From positions 27,280,001 through 27,344,000 of the forward strand of contig OZ024761.1 of the NCBI GenBank assembly GCA_964016885.1: 64,000 nucleotides of DNA. Direction: 5' to 3'. The translations under genes and the position numbers were made by a program. This document shows, piece after piece, positions 29,120 to 43,749 of the stretch. The stretch comes from Eledone cirrhosa (Eukaryota). A model generated the notes under the pieces. The model was not told the DNA's origin, ran no database searches, and was given only the letters and a program-made list of their open reading frames with translations. Positions within the stretch are counted from its first letter, which is position 1. Each line of letters starts with the position of its first letter.

Positions 29120-29850
29120 CCGACCCCAGTACTTGAGTGGTACATTTTTTTTTTATCGACCTTGAATGGATGAAAGGAAAAGTTGACCTTGGCGGGATTT
29201 GAACTCAGAGAGCAGAGAGCCCGAACTAATGATACAAAGCATTCTAACGACTCTGACAATTCGACACCTAAAACATCTATTAAACTTTCATTATTTTCGA
29301 CTTAAAGGGACATATCTCTATGCAGCAAAGAATGTTGTCCGACACTACTGATAATGCCAATAACGCATGGCAGTATCGGTAGAGGGTCGGACGCCATGCT
29401 TTCCAGCATAGTTACGTCCCTTTACGATCTGAGTTCAAATCCCGCCGAGGTTGACTTTGCCTTTCATCCTTACGGGGTCGATGAAATAAAGTACCAGTAA
29501 TGCACTGAGTAATTGCTGGCCTTGTGCCAAAAGTAGAGACAATTATTTAGATTGGCAGTATCGGCGAGTGTCAGACGCCATGCTTTGCAGCATAGACTTA
29601 TGGCCCTTTATGTTCTGAGTTCAAATCCCACCAAAGTTAACTTTGCCTTTCATCCTTACAGGGTCGATAAAATAAAGCACCAGTAATGCACTGGGTAATT
29701 GCTGGCCTTGTACCAAAAGTAGAAATAATTATTACTCCAAATCCCGCAGAGGATAACTTTGTCTTTCATCCTTACGTGGCCGATAAAAAAAGTACCAGTA
29801 ATGCACTGGAGTATTTGCTGGCCTTGTGCCAAATGTAGAAACAATTATTA
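29120..29850. mobile_element. Cluster of Nin-like SINEs: one minus copy (29120-29270), three tandem plus copies (29368-29850)
   Basis: Same diagnostic domain as 13810-14160. Confidence 0.85.
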
Positions 29851-30242
29851 CCCAAATATTTGGTGGCAGATACTGAAAAATAGTGAGTATTTCTTGTTAG
29901 GGAAAGATGAGATTTTAACAAAAATATGAGAATCTTCTTACAACAGAACCAACTGATGGAAATGTGTGTGTGTTTGTATGTGTGCATATATGTATGTGTT
30001 TGTACATGCGTGTGGGTATGCACACATACATACATACATACATACATACACACGCACTTGGACATACAAATGTATATATATATACATATAGATACAACGT
30101 TACTAGCTAAATGACTAGTAGGACCATTATTCAGCTTAGTACTTCTTACTTTAATGAAAGTAGAATCTAGATAGTATTCATTACACCAGCTAATATAGGA
30201 CACACATACACACATACACACACACACATATATATATATATT

Positions 30243-30304
<62 letters not shown>

Positions 30305-30899
30305 TATATATATATAATATATATATATATATACACATAGACAAATGCTAAGACATACACACCTACTTACGTATAGGCATATATATATACATGCATACAT
30401 ACATAGATACATACATATATATAGTTACATACATAGACAGAAATATATGCAAACACGCAAATCTGTGACGTAAATAAAATAGTAATAACAAATGGAACAA
30501 CAACAACAGCAGCGACGACCACCATCGCAACAACAATAACAAGACGAAAAATATAGAAACAAACCAAGCCTACCAACCAAAGCTAGTAATATGTGCTACA
30601 GACCTAAAACCCATCAGATTGGCACCAAATTCCTAGAGACATTCGTCTCATCTCGTTTATTCTTTACCAATTTGTTTCTGAGAAACTGACCAGATTTCTT
30701 TCATTTTTAAAAATCTTTTTTATATTTTTATTTATATATATAATTATTTATGTATATATATGTATATAGGTATATATATATATATATATGTATATATATA
30801 AATATATATGTATATATATATATATGTATATATATATATTTATATTTATATATGCATATATATATTTATATATTTATATATGTATATAATATATATATG

Positions 30900-30946
<47 letters not shown>

Positions 30947-31007
30947 GCATATATATATTTATATATGTATATATATATTTATATTTATATATGCACATAT
31001 ATATTTA

Positions 31008-31046
<39 letters not shown>

Positions 31047-31134
31047 GTATATTATTTATTTATGTATTTTCTTATTTGATACACATTATTTAATATTTAT
31101 TTTTGTATACATCATATTTCTTGGTGTGTTTGTG

Positions 31135-31172
<38 letters not shown>

Positions 31173-31397
31173 GACACACGCACACGCACACACACACACA
31201 CAGACCCCCCCCCCACACACATATTTAAAAGACAACAGACAGCCGAACTCGAAATGTTCTTTTAATGAGTGGCAAAATCACAATACGTATTTCTATGGCC
31301 TGGTTACATACATCATGGTTTGCTAACCGCAATGACCCCAGAGCTACCCATTGATAAACGATACAACACAAATGGTATATATATATATATATATAAC

Positions 31398-31464
<67 letters not shown>

Positions 31465-31466
<2 letters not shown>

Positions 31467-31537
31467 CGTTGTGGTAAGGAACCATATGGACCATAACGCA
31501 CCAGAGTACTCAATACTTAGGGTAGTAGAGTGGGTAG
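31465..31537 (-). mobile_element. Penelope-like tail, family C (also 37337-37415, 44868-45025, 46981-47060, 52318-52436)
   Basis: TACCCACTCTACTACCCTAAGTATTGAGTAC..GGTGCGTTATGGTCCA..TGGTTCCTTACCACA recurs five times (one partial), always in (TA)n. Confidence 0.8.
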
Positions 31538-31582
31538 TATATATATATATGTGCGCGCGCGCGCGTGTGTGTGTATGTGTGT

Positions 31583-32215
31583 GTAAGATTAGTATATCAT
31601 ATATAATTTTAGTTAATACTAGTTTGTGATGTATGATGTTAGTTAAGATTAGCATGTTACATATGATTTTAGTTAAGACTAGAATGTAATGTATGATATT
31701 AGTTAAGATTAGCATGTTACATATGATTTTAGTTAAGACTAGTATGGTATGTATCGTATTAATTAAGATTAGTATTCAATCTATGATGTTAATTTATATG
31801 TAATATGTAATGTTAGTTAAGATTGGTATGCAATCTATGATGTTATTTAAGATAAGTATGTTATATGATTTTAGTTAAAACTAATATGGTATATGATTTT
31901 AGTTAAGACTAGTATGGTATGTATGATTTTAGTTAAGATTAGTATGGTATGTATGATTTTAGTTAAGACTAGTATGGTATATATGATTTTAGTTAAGACT
32001 AGTATGGTATGTATGATTTTAGTTAAGATTAGTATGTATGGCATGCATGATTTTAGTTAAAATTAATATAGTATATGATTTTAGTTATGACTAGTATGGT
32101 ATGTATAATATTAGTTAAGATTAGTATGTACGGTATGTATGATTTTAGTTAAGACTAGTATGGTATGTATGATATTAGTTAAGATTAGTATTCAATGTAT
32201 GATATTGGTTAAATC
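31583..32215. repeat. ~30-bp minisatellite (AGTATGGTATGTATGATTTTAGTTAAGAYT)n
   Basis: Direct reading, ~20 diverged copies. Confidence 0.92.
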
Positions 32216-32629
32216 TTAAATTATTTGCCAAATTTGTTATCATTCCTATAATCTGATATTCACCTAATCCAATATTCATATAATCAGATGATATTCATAT
32301 AATCAAATGATATTCACTTAATCAGATAATATTGACATAATATCATATTACTCCACGTCTGATATCATTTACAGATTCTGATATCGTCGACAAAGACCTA
32401 TAGAGAGGAATGGATATTGATTTCCTCCATGGATTAATTATTAGCAACAACAGACTATAAGCATATCTCAAAACTGGACGATGTGTGGGGTGATATGATG
32501 TGGTGTGGTGTGGCGTAGTGTCATGTGATGTGGTGTGGTGCAGTGTTGTGTCGTGTGGTGTGGTTGGGAAGAATGTATCACCGAATGAGGGCATGGGATA
32601 TAAAGATAACCCAAATCATAAATAATCCC

Positions 32630-32670
<41 letters not shown>

Positions 32671-32759
32671 TTTTCTTTATAATAATAATAATAATAATAA
32701 TGATAACAACATCAACAACAACAGCAACAAAAATAATAATAATAATAATAATAATAATG

Positions 32760-33230
32760 ATTCCTTTATTGGCCACACGGGCTGACACCAAGAAAAACAT
32801 TACAGACGGCACAGGATGGTACAGGACGGTACGATGTGGGTTTTGTGCGTGTAAAGATTTTTATTATTTATATAAGAAAAGGAAAAAGATGGGTGAGAGA
32901 AGCAAGTATGGCCCGAATGAATGGGCTTTCTCTGAGTATGTGTCTGTAAATTAAAGGTGGAAAACTGGGAGAGGGCACTTGCCCTGGTGGTCAGGGCCAC
33001 TGTGGTCTTTTAATGGGCTTTCTCCACAAATGTCCCTCGGAAGTCTCCCCCCTATTGGGGAATTTTTCTTTGTTATTTTATTTCAACCTCTGTTTTTTTT
33101 ACACGCAGAAATGCCCATTTGTACCGTCCTGTATTGTCCTGTACTGTCCTTAATGTCTACTTTATGTAAACCCTTGTGGTTAATAAAGAAAACATTATTT
33201 ATATAAGAAAAGAAAAAAAAAGGACATAGA

Positions 33231-33267
<37 letters not shown>

Positions 33268-33345
33268 AATAAAAATGAAAATTGAAACAATGAAAAATTC
33301 CCCAATAGGGGGGAAACCTCCGAGGGTTACTCGTGGCGAAAACCA
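32760..33345. mobile_element. Nested 3' fragments of L1/Tx1-like LINEs (plus-strand 32884-33195 within minus-strand pieces)
   Basis: 32884-32949 translates KRWVREASMARMNGLSLSMCL*, homologous to the ORF2 end ERWVKVARMARVNGPSLYIRL* at 8.5 kb. 3' end CCCTTGTGGTTAATAAAGAA. Confidence 0.8.
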
Positions 33346-33388
33346 CACGATGATGATGATGATGATGATGATTTCTACTTTAGGCACA

Positions 33389-33434
<46 letters not shown>

Positions 33435-34552
33435 GATTAGATTGGAAATGGAGAGTGGAGTATGCCAGGCAAACGAGCCAGCGGGAGATGAAGGTGAAGA
33501 GGTTGAGAGAACGGAGGAAGCATCCGAAACAGACAATGATCTGAATGCTGAAATAAATGATACCTGGAACAAAGATACGGCAATTGAGGAAATGAATGCT
33601 GACGGGCTAGGACAAGATTTGGTTGATATCCTAAACTTAGTAGTAGATGAAATGAATAATGATAGTGGGAGACCTATGAACCTAAGATTTGTAGACAGGA
33701 AAAAGTTAAAAGAAACAACAGCTAAGGTAAACAAAGTCATCCCATAACTTGAGGCGAGGAACCTTCACCAGTGCAACAATATCCTCAAAGCAACAGCAAA
33801 TGCGGTGAGGAAATTACTTGGCAATAAAAGCGAGGGCAAACAACAAACAAGAAAGATCAGAACCTTGGTGGAAGAAACGACTGAATGGTCAAATCAGGGA
33901 AATGAGAAATGACATTGGAAAGCTTGAGTCCCTACTGAATGGGACACTACAAAACATAGACACTAAAAATAGACTGGAAATAAATTACAAAACTAGGAGG
34001 AAAAAGCCAAATATTGTCATAGAGGAACTGAAGCAACGCATTGTAGCAAAGAGCGCAAAGATTAGGCGATACGAGAGCAGAGTCAGTCAGTATAGACAGA
34101 ACCGCATGTTTGACAACAACCAGAAGATGTTCTTTGGACAGCTTGAAGGGAAAGAAAGAGGCAACGACTTGATCCCTGAGGCGGAACAAACTAAGACATT
34201 CTGGAGAGGAATATGGGAGCAGGATGTTGAACATAATGATCAGGCAGTGTGGATTGAGACAGTACAAAAGGAGATTAGTGAACAGACACACCAACAAACT
34301 GATTTGAGTATCACAGTTGAAACTCTTAAGGGGCAGGCCAGGAAACTAACCAACTGGAAACCACCAGGCCCAGATGGTGTGCAGTGGTTTTGGATTAGAA
34401 ATATAACATCCCTCCACCCGAAACTGACAACCATGTTCAATGACTGCTTGATGTCAGGTGAGGTAACCAGAGTGGTTGACAAAAGGTACCACAGTTCTGG
34501 TAATGAAAGACCGAACCAAGGGTAATGATGTTACCAACTATAGACCTATCAC

Positions 34553-35563
34553 ATGTCCGTAATGTGGAAACTGTTAACAAGCATTGTGTCTGAGGAAATC
34601 TACCATCACCTCCACATAAACAACTTGTTACCGGACGAACAGAAAGGATGCCGAAAGATGTCCCGTGGTACAAAGGACCAGTTACTTATTGATAAGATGG
34701 TAATGAGGAATTACAGGAGGAGACACACTGGTCTTGCTATGGGATGGATAGACTACAAAAAGGCATTCGACATGGTACCTCATTCTTGGATAACCAAAAG
34801 CCTAGAGCTCTTCAGGGTGGCAGATAACATCAGACAGTTGTTGAGCAAAAGTATGAAGTCCTGGAAAACAGAGTTAACATCGGGCGGAGAATCCTTGGGA
34901 GGCGTGAAGATCAAGAGAGGTATCTTCCAGGGAGATAGTTTGTCCCTTCTGTTGTTTGTCCTTGCCCTAATCCCCCTGACCATTATACTGCGAAAAGTGA
35001 GAGCAGGATACAAGTTGGGAAAGGGAGAGCTTATAATCAATCACCTCCTCTTCATGGACGATCTTAAGCTCTTCGGGAAGAGTGAGAAGGAGTTGGATGT
35101 GCTTGTTGACACTGTCCGTATTTTCAGCAATGATATATGTATGCAATTTGGTATTAATAAGTGTGGAGTCCTTGTGATGAAGAGGGGTAAATTGAGCAGA
35201 AGCAACGGAATCCAGGTACCAACAGGTGAGATGATAAAGGAAATTGATACTGAAGAGGGATACAAATATTTAGGTGTTCTGGAGGCTGATGACATCAAGA
35301 ACAAAAAAATGAAGGAATTGATAAGATCTGAATACATTCGGAGAGTAACGAGCGTATTAAAGTCACATCTGAACAGTAGGAATGCCCTAAGTGCAGTAAA
35401 TTCCCGAGCTGTGTCTATTATTAGGTACAGTGCGGGAATTCTGAGATGGAATGTTGCTGAACAAAAAGAAATGGATAGGAAGACTATCTACAACATGTTC
35501 CACAAGAGGAGTGATGTCGATAGTCTCTACTTAAGGAGATCTGAAGGTAGGAAGGTCTTATAA
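34553..35563 (+). pseudogene. Reverse transcriptase segment of the R4/Dong-like element
   Basis: RT motifs including FMDD. Confidence 0.9.
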
Positions 35564-35735
35564 CCATAGAAGACTGTGTTCAGATGGAGAAAAACAACCT
35601 ACACAAATACGTGACTGATAGTAGGGAGCGAAGGAGGAAATAACAACAAGGAGAAAGAGCAGCCTTCATGAAAAATCCCTTCATAGTACCTTCTTAGAGA
35701 AAACTGAATTTAGAGATCCACAGACATGGAACTGG

Positions 35736-36425
35736 TTGAAAAGAGGAGACCTTAAAAAGGCTACAGAAGGAATGCTAATGACTGTGCAAGAGCAGGCCCT
35801 CAAAACGAAGTGGCTGAAACACCATATTTACAAGGAGGAGGCTAGCCCACTGTGTAGGATTTGTAGAGAGAGAGAGGAGATTGTGGCTCACATTGTATCC
35901 GAGTGTAAACACCTAGCCCAGACTCACTATAAAGGCTGGAGACATGATGTGATAGGCAGGGTGATCCACTGGCACCTATGCAAAGTAAACAATTTACCAC
36001 ATTCTGAGAAGTGGTATGACCATAAGCCAGAGTCGGTGATTGTAAACGATCAGGTGAAGGTGCTGTGGGATTTTAGGATACAGACGGACAAGAAACTGGA
36101 ACACAATAAACCTGAACTAGTGGTTTTGGACAAGGGAAAAATATCGTGCCTGATTGTGGATGTGGCCTGCCTATTCGACACGAGAGTGCAAGAGAAGGAG
36201 AGGGAGAAAATTAACCGATACCAGGACTTAAAGTGGGAGGTAAAAAGGATTTGGAACTGCCATGAGGTCAAAGTGGTCCCTATTGTCATAGACGCACTAG
36301 GTACTATCTCAAAGAGTTTCAAAGGATGGTTAAAGAAAATTGGCCCTGCCCCGCTTTTTGGAACACTTCAAAAGGCATGCTTGCTGGGAACAGCAAGAAC
36401 CCTCCGATACGTCCTGAATATCTGA
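35736..36425 (+). pseudogene. Zinc-knuckle + restriction-like endonuclease segment
   Basis: CCHC, RHD and PD..D/ExK-type motifs; the canonical KPD reads KPE here. Confidence 0.85.
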
Positions 36426-36899
36426 GGTTGCAGGTAGTGGCTTGATATTCATTTGAACAAACTTTCTAGTTAAATAACATCAATAACTGATATTCAAAGA
36501 ACAATAATAATAATAGTAATAATAGTAATAAAGAAACCAAGAATGATCTGGACAGACAGAGATAATTATGTAAAAGCTAGGCCCATACAAATGAAGCAGT
36601 TACGTATTATATTTAAAGGGTGAAGGATTATCATATATTGTATAGTTATATCTCAGAATGATACGATTACAATACAATACAATACAATACAATACAATAT
36701 AATATAATATAATATAATATAATATAATATAATATGATACCATACAAATGTTACACGTACTCAGATACACATATGCACGAGCATGCGTGCATACGCTTAC
36801 GCACATGCACATGTACATGCAGATGCACACATGATATGTAGAGGTGATCTCTCGTAATTATGTTTATATTTTGAAAAGCCCTTATTTTACAAACCTCAT

Positions 36900-36986
<87 letters not shown>

Positions 36987-37044
36987 CTTCGATGATTCGA
37001 TTGCTCATCTCTGCTAATGCGAAGCTGGAACTTCGATTATATTC

Positions 37045-37076
<32 letters not shown>

Positions 37077-37149
37077 AGGTAAACAGAAACAACAACACAA
37101 TCGGTACAGTATATGGAAGGTATATATTAAATTAACGCTTGATATAGCA

Positions 37150-37200
37150 GGAAGAGGGTCTTAACGTTCCGGACGTTAGTCCTTCATCAGAAGAAAGAAT
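37150..37200 (-). ncRNA. Minimal hammerhead motif (one core change); related remnants at ~55556-55592 (+) and ~61275-61292 (-)
   Basis: Minus: TCTT-CTGATGA-AGGACTAACGTCC-GGAACGTT-AAGA; the relatives read CCGAAACGTTAAGAC. Confidence 0.6.
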
Positions 37201-37413
37201 GAGAAATAAAATAGATTGAGGGGATGGGCGGGATGGAATTGGAAAACATGTCTTTAGATGAAAATAACCGGTCTATTCATGTTGACATCTCTTGTATATG
37301 TATATATATGTGTATATGTATATAAATATATATATATTACCCACTCTACTACCCTAAGTATTGAGTACTTTGGTGCGTTATGGTCCACCTGGTTCCTTAC
37401 CACATTTCCATCG

Positions 37414-37487
<74 letters not shown>

Positions 37488-37488
<1 letters not shown>

Positions 37489-38147
37489 CAAGAAAGTAAG
37501 TGTTGGTAAAATCTAGTACTTCAGTATGCGGATAGGGAGCACTCAACGAAGATATAAGTTCCGGAGTTATAATAGTGACGAAACATAAGTCAATTGCATG
37601 AACTCATAATCCTTTATTTACTGCTATATATATTTCGATGATAGTCATTGAAAGGCTATGACCTCATCAGGCAGTTAGTCAGTTCTTAGATATATAATTT
37701 TCACTAGCACCACTCCACATAAATTCCCCAATTTAAGAATGACCTGTAGTATCTATTTCATACTATTAACCTTAATTGAATATATATCTGACCAGGAATG
37801 CTTTTTGTGAAAATCAGTCATATGGAACTATTGTTATCTTGCCTGACGGTTTGAACTTTACAACACCACCTGCCTCTTTGAGGTCAAATACCAACCCTAC
37901 TAGCATCTACAAACTGACCAATGAGAATTAAGACTATTCCTGCTGACAACATTAAATTATTCCTAACAAGCTCATATGTCCCAAGGCTCTGATCCCATCA
38001 ATACTATAAACTCAGAGCTGGCATATCTAAGAACTGACTAACTGCCTGATGAGGTCATAGCCATTCAATGGCTATCATCGAAATATATATAGCAGTAAAT
38101 AAAGGATTATGAGTTCATGCAATTGACTTATGTTTCGTCACTATAAT
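37488..38147. mobile_element. Penelope-like insert with inverted pLTR arms and two hammerheads (37620-37675 minus, 38041-38096 plus)
   Basis: ACTGC-CTGATGA-GGTCATAGCCATTCAATGGCTATCATC-GAAATATATATA-GCAGT; ~125-bp inverted arms around a ~330-bp spacer. Confidence 0.87.
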
Positions 38148-38350
38148 GACGTATTATTCGTTTTTTCCCGTTCTTTGCCAGGGAACGTTTCCACAAACCA
38201 AAGTATCGTCTTCCTGTCTTCCTCCGGTTGCAACGTTTTTTGAAATATCCACTTCTGCGTTTACAGATTGACTTTGTTAGTTTCAGAAGATCCCGTTAAG
38301 GGTGAAAGCAGCGATTCTTTGCTTAAACTTTAATCTGTTATTTTAATAAA
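38145..38350 (+). mobile_element. Family B insert with U4A hammerhead-like motif at 38263-38338
   Basis: ACAGATTGA..AGTTT-CAGAAGA-TCCCGTTAAGGGT-GAAAGCA..TGCTT-AAACT-TTAATCTGT. Confidence 0.75.
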
Positions 38351-38372
38351 TATATATATATATATATATATG

Positions 38373-38458
<86 letters not shown>

Positions 38459-38488
38459 TATGAAATATATATATATATATATCATATG

Positions 38489-38557
<69 letters not shown>

Positions 38558-38704
38558 AAGAGGATAACAAGATATCGTTATAGGTAATCCAAATAGAGGT
38601 TGTGAATACTTCTTAGCATGGATAGTTATAGCGTACGGCGTTGTTGACTCAACAAGAGGTTTACGTAGATGACGAGTTTATGATTTCATAAATATGAAAT
38701 ATTT

Positions 38705-38743
<39 letters not shown>

Positions 38744-38746
<3 letters not shown>

Positions 38747-39018
38747 ATAGAAGGAGCTTCTACAGGACTAGTACTGTTTCATTCAGATGAAATCTTCAGG
38801 AAGCTGGGTGTCATATTAAGTTCTGGTATTTATACATTTTATACCTAAATGTATAAATACCAGAACTTAATATGACACCCAGCTTCCTGAAGATTTCATC
38901 TGAATGAAACAGTACTACTCCTGTAGAAGCTCATTCTATAAAATAAAAAAAATTTACTCTGCCATGAATTGAGTACCTTACTTACTGTGGTTATCCCCGA
39001 CTCAACCCGGGACCTACG

Positions 39019-39019
<1 letters not shown>
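38744..39019. mobile_element. Family A' fold-back insert, hammerheads at 38755-38805 (-) and 38881-38931 (+)
   Basis: Near-identical to 25986-26305, in opposite orientation. Confidence 0.87.
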
Positions 39020-39050
<31 letters not shown>

Positions 39051-39051
39051 T

Positions 39052-39170
39052 AATGAAATGACAGGAGGCTGGACTTGTGTAAATCCTTGAAAGGTTTATT
39101 ATACTATGATCATTTCAATGATCGGGTTCCGTATGAATCCGGTGATATCATCAGGTATTCGATATATAAT
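39052..39170 (-). ncRNA. Hammerhead motif (39101-39158); inverted partner at 40922-40979 (+)
   Basis: Partner reads ATAC-CTGATGA-TATCACCGGATTC....GAACCCGGTCATT-GAAATGATCATA-GTAT; this copy is near-identical on the minus strand. Confidence 0.82.
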
Positions 39171-39906
39171 AAGTGAATGTAATAGATAAAATCCATGGGG
39201 CTGAAAATCGAAGACCCGAGGACGATTATTATTACATTAAGATTGACCATACGGAATTGACCAGCCCTATCCAGTGGTGAACCTCAAACCTGAATATATA
39301 TATATATGAAATATATATATATATGTGTGTGTAGCTATGTATGTGTGTGTGTGTTTATATAAGTCTGTCTATCACGGCTCATCATGTGCTAAAAATCACT
39401 CCCCCCACCACCACCACCAACAACAACATCATCATAGGTTTGCGCTGAATCAGGACTAAACTCCCACGACAGAAACATTAAGAACCTACTTAATACTCTA
39501 CATGAAATCTATACTGGTAAAAGAATAAAATATTGTAAAATAATCTGCACAAAATTTTAATCTAAGAAGATTAATATTAATTAAAGTTCAAGATCTCCAC
39601 TTAGATTCCATGATTGACTCCGGAGAATGAAAGACAGAATCCAGTTATTAAGACATTTAAGAGTAGATAAAGTAGATGAGGCGTAATACACGGTATTGGT
39701 GAAATACGAGGGTTAACTAAAATGTTGACTAAGATATTCTCATGGAATGACCAAATGAGGTTTATTTATCAATATAATTCCTGGAAAGGAACAATACAGT
39801 TATTAAGTTATTAATAAGAAGAGTTGAAATTAATGCTTGCAAGATTTCACCACACCTCTAACATTACTCCTTCATACTTACCCTATGAACATTTCAACCG
39901 AGCTTC

Positions 39907-39996
<90 letters not shown>

Positions 39997-40031
39997 TTGA
40001 AAATTGCAAACTCGACTGTCACCACATATTA

Positions 40032-40070
40032 TGAACCTGAAGATTGCGAAAGCATGAAAGTACTTGTTCA
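40032..40070 (+). ncRNA. Minimal 39-nt hammerhead ribozyme
   Basis: TGAAC-CTGAAGA-TTGC(GAAA)GCAT-GAAAGTACTT-GTTCA: 5-bp stem I, GNRA-capped stem II, palindromic stem III. Confidence 0.85.
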
Positions 40071-40294
40071 ATTAACACTTAGAATTTAATATTCTATCAT
40101 ACTATTTCATTATAATACCATTATATATTTTAAAGGATTGTAAATAAAACGAGTAAATCAGACAAAGTTGGAATTCCTCTTATTAATATATATATATATA
40201 TATATATATATTATACTATCCGGGAGCTTCCAACAGTAATGGTTGCATTCTGTAAGGGTATGTCAATATTTATTTATAAAACTGCTCTATATTA

Positions 40295-40359
40295 TATTTT
40301 ATCTGATGAAAGCACACCATCATTTAACTTGGTGTCCTTGAAATATGTATAATGAAATA
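40295..40359 (+). ncRNA. Hammerhead motif; same family at 61426-61490 (-)
   Basis: TATTTTAT-CTGATGA-AAGCACACCA..TGGTGTCCTT-GAAATATGTATA-ATGAAATA. Confidence 0.78.
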
Positions 40360-40398
40360 AATATGGTTTTATAAATATAGTTTCCATTTGTTAATATC

Positions 40399-40437
<39 letters not shown>

Positions 40438-40678
40438 AGGACGAATGATTACTCCTTCATTACGTTTATTGGTTGGTGACGAGCGTTTCGCTACTGATCA
40501 GCTCATGGTTCGATCTGTATCGATCTAGCCCGACTCTGGAATGAAAAGCTCGTCGGACGTCTATGGTAGAAATGACAGAATGAATATATATGGCCTATGA
40601 ATAATCTAACGCTCATATGGTGGTCAGTTTACGAGTGCTCACCCAGGTGATTCTACAGTATCTTCGCGTTACAGTCCC

Positions 40679-40786
<108 letters not shown>

Positions 40787-40809
40787 TATATATATATATA
40801 TATATATAT

Positions 40810-41153
<344 letters not shown>

Positions 41154-41494
41154 GCATATAACATCACTCCTTCACAGTCGGTCGGTCACGTAATTTAGAG
41201 ATTTTAGAGATGATGATAATAGATTAGTGAGGTTTAATAGTCATTATTTGTTTTTGTTTAACTGAGTACAAAGTCAGAAAATATAAGGAAGGGTTTAGTC
41301 GATTAAATCGACCCAAGTACTTAACTGGTACTTTATTTTACCGACACCAGAGAGATGAAAGGTGGGGTTTGAACTCGTGAGTGTGGAGATTCGGAACAAA
41401 TACTGTATGGCATTGAATCCGACGGCAATTTGCATTCAATCTGCCAATTTATCATGTAATAAAATAATCATTTCTATCGTAATTAAAATCACTA

Positions 41495-43490
41495 ACAACA
41501 ATGACGACAGCAGCGACACCACAACCATCATCAACAACAGCAGCGACACCACAACCATCAACAACAACAGCAACAATGACGACAGCAGCGACACCACAAC
41601 CATCATCAACAACAGCAGCGACACAAACAGCTACATCACCACCAACAAGAGCAATTACACCACCCAACAACAACAGCACCAACAGCAACGCCATCAAAAA
41701 CAGCAGCAACAACAATAGCAACAACAACACAAACAACAACTACTACAACAAAAACAACACCTGCTACACCACCACCACCACCACCACCACCACCACCACT
41801 ACTACTAACAACAACAACAACAACAACTACAAAAGTAGTTACACAATATCCATCTACAACAACAATAGCAACAACAACACAAACAACAACTACTACTACA
41901 AAAACAACACCTGCTACACCACCACCACCACTACTAACAACAACAATAGCAACAACAACACAAACAACAACTACTACTACAAAAACAACACCTGCTACAC
42001 TACCACCACCACTACTAACAACAACAATAGCAACAACAACACAAACAACAACTACTACAACAAAAACAACACCTGCTACACTACCACCACCACTACTAAC
42101 AACAACAATAGCAACAACAACACAAACAACAACTACTACAACAAAAACAACACCTGCTACACTACCACCACCACTACTAACAACAACAATAGCAACAACA
42201 ACACAAACAACAACTACTGCAACAAAAACAACACTTGCTACACCACTACCACCACCACCACCACCACTACTAACAACAACAACAGCAACAACAACACAAA
42301 CAACAACTACTACAGCAAAAACAACACCTGCTACACCACCACCACCACCACTACTAACAACAACAACAGCAACAACAACACAAACAACAACTACTACAAC
42401 AAAAACAACACCTGCTACACCACTACCACCACTACCACCACCACTACTAACAACAACAATAGCAACAACAACACAAACAACAACTACTACAACAAAAACA
42501 ACACCTGCTACACCACTACCACCACTACCACCACCACTACTAACAACAACAATAGCAACAACAACACAAACAACAACTACTACAACAAAAACAACACCTG
42601 CTACACCACTACCACCACTACCACCACCACTACTAACAACAACAATAGCAACAACAACACAAACAACAACTACTACAACAAAAACAACACCTGCTACACC
42701 ACTACCACCACTACCACCACCACTACTAACAACAACAATAGCAACAACAACACAAACAACAACTACTACAACAAAAACAACACCTGCTACACCACTACCA
42801 CCACCACCACCACCACCACTACTAACAACAACAACAGCAACAACAACACAAACAACAACTACTACAACAAAAACAACACCTGCTACACCACCACCACCAC
42901 CACTACTAACAACAACAATAGCAACAACAACACAAACAACAACTACTACAACAAAAACAACACCTGCTACACCACTACCACCACCACCACCACCACCACT
43001 ACTAACAACAACAACAGCAACAAGAACACAAACAACAACTACTACAACAAAAACAACACCTGCTACACCACTACCACCACCACCACCACCACTACTAACA
43101 ACAACAACAGCAACAACAACACAAACAACAACTACTACAACAAAAACAACACCTGCTACACCACCACCACTACTAACAACAACAACAGCAACACCATCAC
43201 AAAAGCCACCACAACCACTACATCCACAGAAGCTGCACAACCGCAACCACTATCACCACTCCCCCATCACTCTCCCCACCTCACCACACCACCCTATCCA
43301 TCCTCACACCACCACCACCACTACTAACCCCATACCACCACCACTACCCCCAACCACCACCACCACTACCCCCAACCACCACCACCACTACCCCTACACC
43401 ACCACCACCACTACCCCTACACCACCACCACCACCACCACCACCATTACCCCACACCACCACACCACCACCATCCACCCCCACATCACCC
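41495..43490. repeat. Compound AAC/ACC/ACT satellite with higher-order ~60-72 bp unit
   Basis: Anchor AAAAACAACACCTGCTACAC recurs about 20 times with variable triplet runs. Confidence 0.95.
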
Positions 43491-43590
43491 CCAATTAACA
43501 ACATTGTCAATATATAAAATGTCCGCTTGTTACAATGTTGTAACTACACTCCGCCATATCTAACAATATGTTTCTTGTTTTATTTTTTAT

Positions 43591-43661
<71 letters not shown>

Positions 43662-43749
43662 GCTAATTACTGAACTTAGGTACAATTGTACCTGCTGCTG
43701 GATAATTAATAATACTGCCTTAAATTTCTGCTTGATTAAGACAAGAAAG

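Larger units (their letters stand above)
33434..36505 (+). mobile_element. R4/Dong-clade non-LTR retrotransposon (RT + CCHC + restriction-like endonuclease) in (TAA)n; disrupted
   Basis: EQKGCR..SRGTKDQLLID, WIDYKKAFD, RGIFQGDSLS, HLLFMDDLK, CRIC..HIVSEC, RHD, KPELVVLDK..IVDVAC..EKINRY. (AAT)n on both flanks; several stops and frameshifts. Confidence 0.9.

Noticed and set aside
40475-40560. Possible hammerhead (minus CCGACGA-GCT...AGC-GAAACGCTCGTC)
   Set aside because: Mutated core, ~70-nt stem II insert and no convincing stem I; not supportable.
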